From Prasinococcaceae sp. CCMP 1430 (lineage: Eukaryota > Plantae > Prasinodermophyta): 64,000 nucleotides of DNA. This document shows, piece after piece, positions 22,151 through 33,654 of this stretch. The position numbers were made by a program, and so were the translations under genes. The stretch spans positions 62,001 through 126,000 of the forward strand of contig RQSC01001302.1 in assembly GCA_013416795.1 (NCBI GenBank), in the 5' to 3' direction. Positions within the stretch are counted from its first letter, which is position 1. The number at the start of each line of letters is the position of its first letter. The notes under the pieces are model-generated. The model was not told where the DNA came from. It made no database searches and was given only the letters and a program-made list of their open reading frames with translations.

Positions 22151-22618
22151 ATGGCGCCCGCGGGCGGCGCCGCGCGGACGATGTCTTCCAAAGGCCGCAG
22201 CCTCGCGCAGATCGTGCGCAAGGGCTGGGACGTCGCCCAGGCGAAGGGGCTCACCAAGTGGCTGCCGGTGTCGAACCGCGCGCAGCAGGGGCTCTTCGGT
22301 GGCTCCGATGTGCGCTCAGGGAACAAGGTGTCCGAGGACGGCGGCAACAAGTCGCGCCGCAAGTGGTACCCCAACGTGCAACGCAAGCGGCTGTGGTCCG
22401 AAGAGCTGCAGGAGAGCTTCCAGCTCAAGGTGACCGCCAGGGTGCTCAAGACGATAGACAAATACGGTGGCCTCGACGCCTACCTGCTCAACACCTCCGA
22501 CAGGAACCTCGCCAGTCTACCTGGCTTCGCGCTCAGGGAGGAGCTGCGCACCGCGAGGGCGCTGCGTGCAAAGCATGCGCAGACGGCTGCGGCGGCTGCT
22601 TCGCCTGGTGCGCAGTGA
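22151..22618 (+). CDS. MRPL28: Mitochondrial ribosomal protein bL28m
   Basis: RAQQGLFGGSDVRSGNKVSEDGGNKSRRKWYPNVQRKRLWS and IDKYGGLDAYLL. Alternative ATG at 22181. Confidence 0.9.
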   Translation: MAPAGGAARTMSSKGRSLAQIVRKGWDVAQAKGLTKWLPVSNRAQQGLFGGSDVRSGNKVSEDGGNKSRRKWYPNVQRKRLWSEELQESFQLKVTARVLKTIDKYGGLDAYLLNTSDRNLASLPGFALREELRTARALRAKHAQTAAAAASPGAQ

Positions 22619-22769
22619 GCGGGCCGTCGCAGCAAGCGAGGCATTCGAGCCGCCTCGCACACGCGCACGGCTGTGGGCACAATTTTTTGGGGGCATAATA
22701 TCACATCGCGTTGCGGGCGCCACAGCGCACGAGCATGTTTATCCGCGGTGCGCGACCACATCACGCGCT

Positions 22770-23859
22770 CTAGTCGTCCATGTCCGAGTCGGAGTCGGAG
22801 TCCTCCGCCGCCGCCTTAGCTGCAGCCTCCGCTGCCTCTGCCAGGTCTTTTGGGACGCGCACATGCTCCTTGCCGCTCTCCTCGCACACCCAGCTCAGCT
22901 CGAGCTCGAACGCCTTGTCCTTGCTCTCGTCGTGCGAGCCATAGATGATCTTCGCCACCTCAACCACGGCTTCGCGACACGTGAGCTCGCCGAGCTTGAG
23001 CTTTTCGAGCTCTGTCTTGGCGTACTGTCGCCCTTTGCCAATCGCCGACCCACTGTACTTGAAGCACTGCCCGCTTGGCTCAACGTTGAACAGCGCTGGC
23101 CCGTCGCGGTCGTAGCATGCGAGAAGCGCCCCCGTGCCGAAGATGCGCACACTCCAGTACAGCGTGAACAAGTGCACGTACGAGGCGACGCGGTCTGCGA
23201 GTGTGTTGGCCGGAATGGTCTCGCCGTAGAACGACTTGTAGTTGGACGCCTCAGCCTTCGCGCGCGCAGCGATCTGGCGGCCGTCTGGGGGCAGACCCGT
23301 GAGCGCCAACCCTGCATGCCTATCGACCGTCGCGATGCGCCTCCCCGAGCCCGGCACGAGCATCTTGCTCAGGATCTCCTTCTGCACACCAAGCACCACA
23401 CCATCTTTGCAGCAAATGCCCACCGCCGTGCTACCAAAAGGAGATCGCAGTGGTGGCAGCACCGTAAGGCGCATCGGGGAGAATTAAGGGCGGCGCGTGT
23501 CAGCAAACGCACACGTGCAGCCGCGCGCGCACTGTGTCACGCCGTTGCCACCGATCCCCCACTCCGCATGACGCACCTGCTGTTGTCCACCGCCTTGCTC
23601 GCGTACTCCACCTGCGCCGGTGGGGGCAGAGGGAGCAGCACGCGGACACGCGCGGGCGTCAGTAGAGCGCAGCGGCGTAGATCTTCGCGAGGGCACCCGC
23701 GCCTGGAAGACTCCGAACCGGTGCGCGCATAGATCCTCGCATGGCATGCCACGGGCGCGCAGCGGCGCGGCGCGGCGCGCGGGCACGCACCTGGAAGAGG
23801 CGGCCGTCCGGCGAGAAGGTCGTGTTGTCGAGGTCGTACCCCGTGCCGATGCCGCTCAT
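22770..23859 (-). CDS. PSMA3: 20S proteasome subunit alpha 7, 254 aa
   Basis: Exons 23791..23859, 23577..23611 (35 nt) and 22770..23430. [31 protein letters not shown]; acidic C-terminal tail. Confidence 0.96.
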
Positions 23860-24240
23860 GGCTGAGCGCCGGGAGGGGGGGGGGGGCGCGGGTGCGCGCG
23901 CGTTGTGGGCCGCTGCGCCGCGCGCGCGCGTGCGCGAGACGCCGATGTGCGAAGGCATTCAAAATCTGTACGGAGGTCAAAACGAACGCGAGCGCTCATT
24001 TCCACCCGTAACTATTGCGGTTGCATGTGTAAACCCTCTCTAAATTCTCCATGCATTTTGATGTGAAGTCGTTCATTTCCTCCATTTTGGCCTGGCAGCA
24101 GGTGAGTGAGGTTCCCCAGCGCGCGGAGCAGGGAGCGGGGCCACCATGCCCCGGGCGGCTGAGGTGGCACGCGCCAATTGGTGGCGGCGCGGCAAACTGG
24201 CGCGGCGCCGCGCCCCATCACACGCGCCGGGCGCCCCACC

Positions 24241-24980
24241 ATGCGCGTGTGGGTGAAACACCTGAGCGGGCGACGCGCGCCGGTGGACCTGCCAGAGCGT
24301 GGCCCGGAGGCCACGACCGTGGGCGACGTCGCCGCTGCGGCGGGCTCTGGCTACACCCCACTCGCCGCGGCCGAGGACGGCACGGCGCTCGACGACGCTC
24401 AGACGCTCGCCGATGCCGACGTTGCTGAGGGTGACACGCTGCACGAGCTTGGCGAGAAGGCGCTCCTGGAGCTGGCCTTCCTCAAGGTGCGAAAGAGCAT
24501 CGCCCACGTGCGTGCCCCTTCCCCGGTTCCGTCTGCCCTACGCGCTCGTTGATGTCCTCAGGCGCTCGCTGACACCTCTCCCCCCTCTTCCTCCCTCCAC
24601 CTGCGCATGTGCGTGTGCATGCATTTATCGTGTGTGAGTAGCCCGACGGCGTGACTTTCTTCGTGCGCGCCGCCGCCGCGCTTGGCGGCACCGTTGGAGG
24701 CCTCGTGCGCGAGGCGCTCGCACCTGCGTGCCGCGTGCCTGCCGGGCGCATCGGCGTCGTGCTTGGAGCGCGGCAACTGGACGCGGATACTAGGCTGTGG
24801 GACGCCCATGTCGAAAGTGGAGAGGTCCTGAAGCTCAGATTTCGGGACACGGTGCCGCGTGGTGCCGACGACATCGACGACGATGAGTGTGAGCACGCAG
24901 GCGAGGATTTTGGCGCCGGTGCTGCCGACGGCACCAGGATGGGCGCGCTTGAGGAGGAGTTTCCCGCCTTGCTTCTCTGA
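24241..24980 (+). CDS. Tandem ubiquitin-like-domain protein with acidic tail, 194 aa
   Basis: Exons 24241..24486 and 24642..24980. MRVWVKHLSG..LDDAQTLADADVAEGDTLH and LKPDGVTF..LGARQLDADTRLWDAHVESGEVLKL. TGTAA at 24995. Confidence 0.7.
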
Positions 24981-25302
24981 GCTGCTCTCTCTCTTGTAAG
25001 TTTACTGATGTGCGTGGGTCAAGCGTGCACCAACGCAAAGACACGCTCTCTTTGTGCACGTGTACAATGTGATGTGAAATGTGGTCGAGATTGCATTGTG
25101 CGTTCTGTGCGGAGATGTCTGCGCCTGTTGGCTTCTGTTGTGCCCTCGCTCGGGCGCGCGCTCTTGCGCGTGCGCCTAGTGCTGGTGTGTGTATTGGGAG
25201 GGGGGGCGGGGAGCGGGGCGAGGTAGAAACTCCTACCTTGCATCTAGGACGGAAGGATAGAAGGGCCGCGAGGCGCGCGCGCGTGTACGTGCGCATGCGT
25301 GC

Positions 25303-27973
25303 TCACACGTTGTTGCATTGATACAGGTCGACGGGCGTGTTCCTGAATCCTATCCAGCCGACGCTCGGCGGGCAGTCTCCTGAAGGCAAGTCGGGGTTGG
25401 CGGCACGCTCCATCCCGTAGCAGCTCAGGCCCAGGGGAGACTGATGCGAACGAGCGTGCGCGCGCGCGCGCCACGGCGCGTGCGTCAGTTGCTGTGCAGG
25501 GGTGCCTTTGCCCTACGTCCCCACCCGTGCGCACATGAGTCCGCACTCTCGCACCTGGCGCCTGTAGCGCTCGTAGATCTCGCGCAAGCAGTCCGCACGA
25601 TCATTGCACTGAGCGATGGCTGCACGGATGGCCTTCTTCGATCGTTTTTTCGCCTTCTTGGCCTTCTTCTTCTTCGAGCCGGCGAGACTGCGCCGCGGGA
25701 AGACCCACGTGTGCGCACTGTCCTCGAGTTGGTCTGACAGTCTTCTTCCGCTGCGCCCCTGCGTCGCAATATCAGGTAGCCGCCCGCAGCCTGACGGCGC
25801 AAGCAGCAGATCGTACTCGGCATTCGGGCAGAATTCCGAGCTGTCATAAGGACGCGTGGGCTCCCTGCGGGGTTGCCGGCAGTGTGCGTGCGTGTGCCGT
25901 GCTCTGTCAGCATCCCGGGGGCCGGCGAGGGGGGAGGGGGGAGGGAGGGGGGTACATTCGCATGCGTCCACGCCCAGGGTTGTTGGATGCACGCGCACGT
26001 ACCATCCCTCGACCATGCACATAGTTGGATCCAAACACCTGGCCGGGTCGTTCGAGTCGCCGCTGCACGCGCGGATGCGTTCGAAAGCGTCAGAACCTGC
26101 GTCTGCGGCGCACAGCGCGGCTCTTCGTGCACCCGGCCAGCGCGCGCGCTACTCGTTGGGCCAGCCTGCAGAACGAATGCACAGGCCAAGGTGCATGCCT
26201 GCAAACCGACGCTGTGCTCAGGCGCGTCAACGCATTGTTCACGCACCGGCATTGCGTGAGCTGGTTGATAAATATCGCATGCATCTGTTCTTTAAGCGAC
26301 GTGCAGCCCTCTGAAATCAACATGGTGTACGCCGCCACGAACTCCTCCGCGGTACTGAAGTCAAGAAGCCTGATGGCCCCGGCAGCTGTCACGCGATACG
26401 CCATCCACTCAGCCATCATCTGCGCGTGCGAGAAGCGAAAGGTCATCGGGTTCACCTGTAGGTGCGCGATTGCAAAGATGGCGCCTGCTAGAGTGAGTGC
26501 GCTGCCCACACGCTCGTGGAAAGCGACCTCTCAACACCCTCGAGCCGATATCGTGCCACTCGCATGCGCGCACGCGCGCATGTATGTGGGTCATTCGCGC
26601 ACAGTGCATGCGCTCGCACCGTTATCCTGAGTAGGTTCGGGTCTGGCAGGTACTTCAGCCACAAATCAGGGTGATACGCGCACTTCGAGCCCATGCTGCG
26701 AGGATGCACGATGCGCGACTCGGCCAGGGCGCGGCCAGCCGTGACTTTGCGCGTGGCTACAGCGCCCGCTGCGGCGAGCAGTCGCCGGCGGCCGCGAAGT
26801 TCAGCGTCGGCGGCATCGGTGCCGTCGGTCCCCCGCGCAGCGGTAGCTGATATAGCCTGTGCGCACGCGTGGTCCGTGCATTCAACGCGTGGATATCCGT
26901 CAGCGAACACGCTGCATGTCGACGCAGTGTACGCGCGCGGCTACTTCCACGCAACACGCTATCAGGCTCTCGTCTCGTAATGTACACACGCACACGCACA
27001 CGCGCGGCGATGCACGAGCAGTCGAGCATGCCATTTGCACACACGCTCTTACCCCGCCACTCAGCAACGCGCCGTCGAGCACGGCGCGCTGCACGTCTGC
27101 TGCGCCAGCGCCTTCTCCCGCGCCAGCGACGGCGTCCAGCAATCCGGCCGCATCCGCCACCGCATACAGTGCCTGAGGGCTGATCATGGCAAGCTCGTCA
27201 CGAAGTTGTGCGAGTGACTCATTGTGAGCACGCGCGTGTGCAGGTGCATCGGCATCTCCCGCGATGCCTGCGTCCGCACGCAAAACCACGTCGTCACACG
27301 GCCTGAATGCGTTGGGAACGCATGGCGGCGGCTGGTAGTTGACGACGCCCTCGGCAGACACATAGGCAACGCGACCGTCGGCTCCTGCAAGCGCCAGCGT
27401 GCCGTCGCTTTCTCTCTCAGCAGCCACCACTGCAAACGCGGCCACGCTGCCATCGGCCAATGATACCACCACACTCTCCACATCGGCGAGCGCAGCGTCG
27501 TCTAGGTCGTACTCGCCGAGCGCAACCTCTGCGACGGCCTCGGCAGTGCCCAGAGCGGAGTCCTGCACGGATGCACCGTCAACGCCCATCTCAGCAGCGG
27601 TGGCCACGAGAACGCTGCCCGTGCCACGTGTGTTGTCAACCTGCGTGTCTTTGGTGAGCTGTATGGCAAAGATGGTCACGCCCAGAAAGGCGAGTGACAC
27701 GGCCAGCGCCGCGCACACGGCGCCCGCCGCGCGGCGCGTGCGACGGCCGTCGGCCACAACCAACTGACGAATGAGGTCGAGCGTCGGGCGGCGACGCGCC
27801 AGCTGTGCCGGCGTACGTGGATTGGAAGGAGAGGTAGACTTCAGCAGACGTGAATTCTCTGGGAGCGCGTTGACGCTAGATGCCAGCGCTGCGCCCGCCC
27901 CCGAGCCAAACGACTGCAGTGGCGACGAAGCTCCCATCGCCGAGCCGCCTATCGCGGGGGATTCCATCGGCAT
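25303..27973 (-). CDS. Unknown type II membrane protein, 632 aa, with RRL motifs and Cys-rich segments
   Basis: Five exons (27053..27973, 26620..26940, 26247..26455, 25555..25864, 25303..25440) join in frame through GT-AG introns. Single TM segment AVCAALAVSLAFLGVTIFAI. Confidence 0.7.
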
Positions 27974-28685
27974 CCGGGACGCACTGTATGGGCAGTGGGG
28001 GCAGGAGGGAGGGGCACCCTGGCACGAAGCACCACCCAATCGTGCGCAGAGGTGCAGCGAAAAACTTTCTCCGCACGCTTGCACACTCTCCGCCCCCGCG
28101 CTCCGCCAGGGTTGTGGCTCTCGCGGTGGCGCGCGCTGCGGACACGGACCGCGTGCGCAGCGCACGGCGCGGACGCTGCTGCCGCTCATTCGTGTGCGGT
28201 TCTCCGGCCGCTTCCTATTTTGGACGAGGGACGGAGGGGCGTGTCTCCCTCATCCCCCGGCCCCCCGGCGTCCACCTGCCCCGGCGAACGCACGCGCGCT
28301 GCCCTGCCCGGCGCGCATCTCGTGCCCGTTCGCATCTCCGCGCCGCGACGGTGCCTCTTCGCGCCTCGAAATTTTCATCCTCCTTTTTTGTGTGGTTTTT
28401 CGAAGCCTTGTTCAGTTTGGGGGTTTTCCCATCCGCTTTTTCCCCGGTCTCAGGCCCACTTCGGCGCGTGGCGTGGCAGGGCACGATGGCGCACGGCGAC
28501 CGCGACGGCGAGTGGCGCTGCGCCCGCAGCGGCGGAGGCGGCAAATGCTACGGCGGCTGCCGTGAAAGACAGCACGCGAAAGCGAAGGGCGTTTCACGAA
28601 GTTACAGCGAGCCCTGCCCCGCGACGGCACCAGGACAACACAGAAAACGCGGGCACTCGCGCACTGATCGCGCCCGCCACCCATC

Positions 28686-30938
28686 TCAGAAGCTGTCCGA
28701 GGGCCTGGGCCTCTTGGCCGCCTTCTGGGGTGTCTGGCCGTTGGGCTGGAGGCAGCGCTTAAGAAGGTCTTCGGCCGCGCGCTGAGAGTCGAGGAGCACG
28801 TGCACGCCAAGGTCGCTCTGTGGCATCGCAAGCCAGTCCAGAACGAAGTCCTGCGCAACGCACGCGACGCCGGCCTCTCGCATCTCTTCGGCGCTCGCGA
28901 CCAAAGACGGGCTACCAACGACCGCGCCTTTCTCCCCTACGCACCGCGTCGCGAACACGGCCAGGTCACTGTCCTGCCAATTGCCAGACTTGAGCGTGGC
29001 GCCGCCCGCGCTGACGATTCCGCGCAGCAGGGCCGCCACGCGAGCCTCGAATGCGCCAATCAGACACACGCTCAGACCCTCGAGCGGCCGCTTGCCGGTC
29101 GATCCACGAAGCTTTCGCCACCGACGAGGCGCTCCGAGGTCTACGCGCGTGCCCACACTGCCCTTGGCAGATCTTGAAGCAGACCACTCGTACGGCTCCT
29201 CATCCACTAGTTTGCCTGTGGCGGCGCACTTGTCCAGCCAATCTGTGCGAAGGACCCACACCCCCGACGCCATGGCGTACAGCAGCTTCGCGGTGCGGCC
29301 GAGCGGGGACGTCGCCACCACGTGAGTCACGTGCTTGTCATACCGGTACTTCCCCTCATCACGTCGCGATTCGCACAGCAGCTTGATCCCAAGTTGTCCG
29401 CAGATGGCTGTGTACTTGTTGCGCTCCTCGGTGTGCATGCCGCTCAGCGTGAGGCGCACGTCCGCGCCTCCCCTCTGCTCGACCTTGCGCTTCTTGCTCT
29501 TGTCGGCCTTGAAAGCAGACGCAGCTTTGCCCTTGACCTTTCCGGCCTTGGCCTTGCCTTTCGCCTGCGTTGGCGCACTCTTGGTGGCCTCCTGCGTTGC
29601 CTTACCCCCCTTGGTTTCTGCGTCGATCATGCCCTCGAGCTCAGCTGTGCGGACGTCGCCCTGAGACTTGCAGATGGGTGACAGATCCGGGGCATTTTGG
29701 GACACCTCCCGCAAGCTGGCGCGCTTCGCCTGCGACTCAGGCTTGCCAGGAGGCGACGACGGGTCTTCGACCTCGCCCCGACAAATCATCTGCGCGCGCG
29801 CCTCTGTCTCTTCCTCGGCGCGCACACCAGCATCCAAGTCGCCAGCCCGGGGGCTCTGCTCACCTCCGGTCCCGACGGCGCGAGGTTGTGCGCCGTCGCC
29901 AACGATACCTGGACTCACGGCAGGTGTCGCGCGAGGGGTCACCTCGGGCCTCGACGACGCAAGCTTGCGCATGGACGATGTCGGTGGCGAGACCACACCG
30001 GCCCTGGCGTCGCCTGCGTCCAGCCCCGCCTCAGCGCCGCTGTCATTCGTCTCGTCGCTCACGGCGGGGGCCGGCGCAGCGGCGCCGAGAGCGACAGCAT
30101 CCGCCTTCACGACGCCGGCGCCATCAGAGCGCCGCACGGCGCCATCTGTTTTCACCTCTTCCGACTCGCCCGTAGAGTCCGCCACGCCAGCCTCGGTGCC
30201 GTCGATCGCCGTCTCCATGACCGAGTCCTCCACATGATCAGCACAAGCCTGCGGTGGCTGGAAGAGCCGACCTCCCTTCGCCTCAGCAGCCTCGGCGACG
30301 GCCTTCCCGGGAAGGTTCATGTACGGCTGCGCTGGCAGGATCTTCCACTGCCAGAGGCAGTCCTCGAGCCAGTGGTGGTTGACAGCGCTGAGGCCCCACT
30401 GCGTGCCGCGCTCATACTTGGCACCTTCGAATGTGTTGCACAAGAGGTGCGTGTTGTCCCGCTTCAGATCCTTGGTGTGGACCGCGCCGAGCATCTCAAC
30501 CATGGTCTGCAGCTCCTGCCGTAGCTCGCCACGGAAGTTGGTCTGTGCCACCTTGAGCTGCGCGGCGCCAGGGACGCCGCCCTCTGAGATGGCGGGCCGG
30601 TGCAGCGCCGCCTCGACGGCCGCGTGCGGCCACGCAGGGAGGAGGCGCCCCGCCTCCAGCGAGCTGTACAGCCAGTCGATCGTCACCGCCGCGGGGCCCT
30701 CGCCGCGCTCGAGGCCGGCGCACACCCCGTGGCTGAGCGCGTTCGTGAGTACGTGCGTCGCGCCCGCCGGCGGCGGCGCGCCGAGCGCCGCACCCTCGAC
30801 GACTACGGCGCCCGCGGCGCCCGCGTCACGCAGCGCGTCGGCGAGCTCGTCGTCGCCCTCGAGGTGCTCAGCCGGCAGGCACACGACGAGCGTCACCCCC
30901 GCGAAGGCCGCCGCCGCCGCCTCGTCATCCTTCGCCAT
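28686..30938 (-). CDS. Four-BRCT protein (N- and C-terminal tandem pairs), At4g02110/PTIP-like, intronless, 750 aa
   Basis: THLLCNTFEGAKYE..VNHHWLEDCL and VTHVV..RTAKLLYAMASGVWVLRTDWLDKCAATGKLVDEEPYEW, separated by a disordered linker. Confidence 0.88.
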   Translation of the reverse strand: MAKDDEAAAAAFAGVTLVVCLPAEHLEGDDELADALRDAGAAGAVVVEGAALGAPPPAGATHVLTNALSHGVCAGLERGEGPAAVTIDWLYSSLEAGRLLPAWPHAAVEAALHRPAISEGGVPGAAQLKVAQTNFRGELRQELQTMVEMLGAVHTKDLKRDNTHLLCNTFEGAKYERGTQWGLSAVNHHWLEDCLWQWKILPAQPYMNLPGKAVAEAAEAKGGRLFQPPQACADHVEDSVMETAIDGTEAGVADSTGESEEVKTDGAVRRSDGAGVVKADAVALGAAAPAPAVSDETNDSGAEAGLDAGDARAGVVSPPTSSMRKLASSRPEVTPRATPAVSPGIVGDGAQPRAVGTGGEQSPRAGDLDAGVRAEEETEARAQMICRGEVEDPSSPPGKPESQAKRASLREVSQNAPDLSPICKSQGDVRTAELEGMIDAETKGGKATQEATKSAPTQAKGKAKAGKVKGKAASAFKADKSKKRKVEQRGGADVRLTLSGMHTEERNKYTAICGQLGIKLLCESRRDEGKYRYDKHVTHVVATSPLGRTAKLLYAMASGVWVLRTDWLDKCAATGKLVDEEPYEWSASRSAKGSVGTRVDLGAPRRWRKLRGSTGKRPLEGLSVCLIGAFEARVAALLRGIVSAGGATLKSGNWQDSDLAVFATRCVGEKGAVVGSPSLVASAEEMREAGVACVAQDFVLDWLAMPQSDLGVHVLLDSQRAAEDLLKRCLQPNGQTPQKAAKRPRPSDSF

Positions 30939-31060
30939 CGCCACCCCCCTTCGAGCACGTGCACGCGCGCGCCGCGCGCGCTGTGGTCGACAGACAGCGG
31001 CGGCGCCCCTCCCCCCTGCCCTGGAGGGGCGCGCGCGCGCGCATAGGGACGGTTCGAAAT

Positions 31061-31080
31061 CCGAAATGTGCGCATTTCGG
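31061..31080. promoter_or_regulatory. Inverted repeat CCGAAATG-tgcg-CATTTCGG
   Basis: Perfect 8-bp arms about 125 bp upstream of the BRCT ATG, next to TTCGAA. Function is inferred. Confidence 0.4.
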
Positions 31081-31198
31081 GCGCCGCGCCGCGCGGCGCC
31101 GATCGCCCAACACAATTTACTTGGTATCAGCGGCGGCGGCGGGGCGCAGCCGGGAGGCGCCTGCCGCGCGCGCGAGCGCGGGGCCGCCGCGCCACCAC

Positions 31199-33140
31199 CT
31201 ACAGGCACACGGGCATCCACGACCCGTTCAGCGGCTTCGTTGGGTCGCCGATGGGGTCCTTGCACATCGGCAGGACGGCCGTCGTGCTGGGTACTGCGCG
31301 CGCGCCGTACCACGCCAGGCGCTGCATGAGCGTCGCCAGCTCGTGCGGCAGCCGCGCGGAGAGGTCATGGTACTCGCAGGGGTCGGCCGTCAAGTTGAAG
31401 AGGCAAGGGAGGCGTGTGGCGTTGCAAAAGTCAGGCGCATTCACTGGCGGTGGCTGCTCGCACTGCACCAAATGCGAGTAGAGCGATGGATCGCTGCCTG
31501 ACTCGTACCAGCCGTCACCGGTGGCCGGCTCCTCGGCGGTAGGCACGATAGCCTGAGAGCCCTTCTCCAAGACGAGTTTGAGGAGCGAGTGGTCGTCCAC
31601 CCTCGCGAGTATGGCCTGGCCTACACCCTCGTCCTCCCCCGGAGGATGTGCTTCGATGAGCACTTCCGCCCTCGGGCTGCTCGAACCAGTTGACAGCATG
31701 TGCCACGCATCGACGCCATCTCCGGGCTCGAAAGGAGGGTCGCCCTCGCCCAAGGGCGGAGCGTAGTTTTCGGTCGGGCCTGCTGCGGCGGACAGCAGCG
31801 TGTGGTACCAGTCCGACGCATGCAGCAGACCTTCGTGGGTATATCCACGCTTCTGGAGGCCCGCGCCAGATACAAACCCAGTGCCGCGCACGCCGCCCTG
31901 CCACAATGTGCGCTAGGGAGATGTCGCTGTCAGCGCGAGCACGACGAGGCGAGAGGATAGCAGCCACCGGTGCCGCGGCGCCACACCTACACACTTTCAT
32001 GCCACGTAGGGGCCAATTGGACGCCATGTTCTTGTTGAAGTTCGCCGCCGGTCCTCCGTTGTCGGTTGTGAAGACGACCAACGTGTCATCGAGCATTCCT
32101 TCGGCGTCCAGCGCGGCCGTCACATTGCCAATGGCATCGTCCATGCAAGCTATCATGCCTGCGACCGTACGACGGTGCTTGTCGGAAATAGTCTTGCTGA
32201 AGCGCTCCTCGTACTCGGGCGGCACCTGATCAGGGGCATGAATCGCCTGCCAGCTCAGATACAGAAACAGGCGGTCGTTGCCTCCACTGGCACCCACACC
32301 TCTCAGCCGTCGCTGAGACGCTGTCGCCGCCGCGTCCCGCCTCTCCTTTGCCCTGGCAAAGTCTTCGATCACTTTCACTGCGCGCTCGGCGTAGAGATGC
32401 GTCGAGTACCTGCCCGCTGCCTGCATGAAAGGCCGCAATTCCAGGCCCTCATCAAAGTGAAAGTCCGAGGCGTTGATCGCCTCGTGCGAGAAGTAGTCCT
32501 CTGCTCCGCCATAGTACCCGAGGAAGCTGTCAAACCCCCTCCCCGTGGGGACCAGCCGACGGTCAAATGTCCCTAGGTGCCATTTCCCAACGGCGTGCGT
32601 CGCGAATCCCAGCGCGCGGAGCTGCTCGGGCAGGAAAGGCAGCTCGAACGGCACACCGCGCGTGTTGTCAGGCCCCAGGTTGGGCTGGTAGATGCCCATG
32701 TGGGTGACGTGACGACCAGTCATGATCGACGAACGAGTAGGCGAGCATGTTGGCTGCACGAAGTAGCTCCCGAGTCGCACGCCTCTCGCGGCCAGCTTGT
32801 CCAAGTTTGGAGTAGGCACCTGCGCCATGGAGGGAATGAGCAGCAGCGGCGACGGCAGCGGTGGGAGGCATACAGCAAGTGGACACAGAGCGCGGCCCGC
32901 CGTCAGCCTGCGAGGCGGCGCGCGCGCGCGCATCACGGGCACATGCGGCAAAGGGCGCACCTGCGTGCGCCCGCTTGCGCCAGCATGGAAACCAACATCG
33001 TTCCAACCGAGATCATCCGCGACGATGAGGACTATGTGCTGAGGCTGTGCTGGCGCGGAGGCGTCGGCGATAGGGGCGGAAGCTGTCGTGGCGGCGGCGG
33101 CAGCAAGTGCCAGTGCGGCAATTGCTGCGCGCGCGTTCAT
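31199..33140 (-). CDS. Secreted arylsulfatase (ARSB/I/J-like, formylglycine type), 572 aa
   Basis: Exons 32961..33140, 31995..32819 and 31199..31912. Signal peptide, IVADDLGWND, CSPTRSSIMTGR, AVGKWHLG and GMK|RTLWQGGVR. Confidence 0.94.
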
Positions 33141-33654
33141 CTGTTCGCTCTCGTGCGCACTCACAGCGTGCGGTGTCTTGCGGCGTCACGCCACTGCGGA
33201 ATCCCCGCGTGCAGTGCGCGGGGCGGCCCGCGCCGAGCGAGCGCCCGCGCCCTGCGACGCGCTGCGCGCGCCGCGCTCAGCGTGTGCTGGCGGCGCAACA
33301 GCATGTGCGGTTTGCGCGGCTTCGAACGGCGGTGTTGATGAGAGACTCAATAAACCTGTAGCATCCGTTATTACAGTGTATTTGTCGTCCGCCAAACGGC
33401 ACGTGCTCCTCTCGACGCGAGCGACACGGCCGTGGCGCGGGCAGTGCGTGTGGGTGGGCGGACGATCTTGCGTCCCTCCTGGAGGCGAGCATGGCACATG
33501 CCGTCGGTGAAGGTAGGCCGCGCAAAGCGCGCCGGTGCTATCTCAGTGCGTCGCAGTAATGGGTGCCAGTATCTTACAAGCAGTATGAGTACAGATGAGT
33601 CGGCGGGGGCCGCCACTGAAGGTACCAGGGAAGAGGCAGGTGGCCATCGTCACC

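Noticed and set aside
24027-24037. TGTAAACCC / telo-box-like motifs here and near 2606
   Set aside because: Single imperfect copies, not telomeric arrays; too short to separate from chance.
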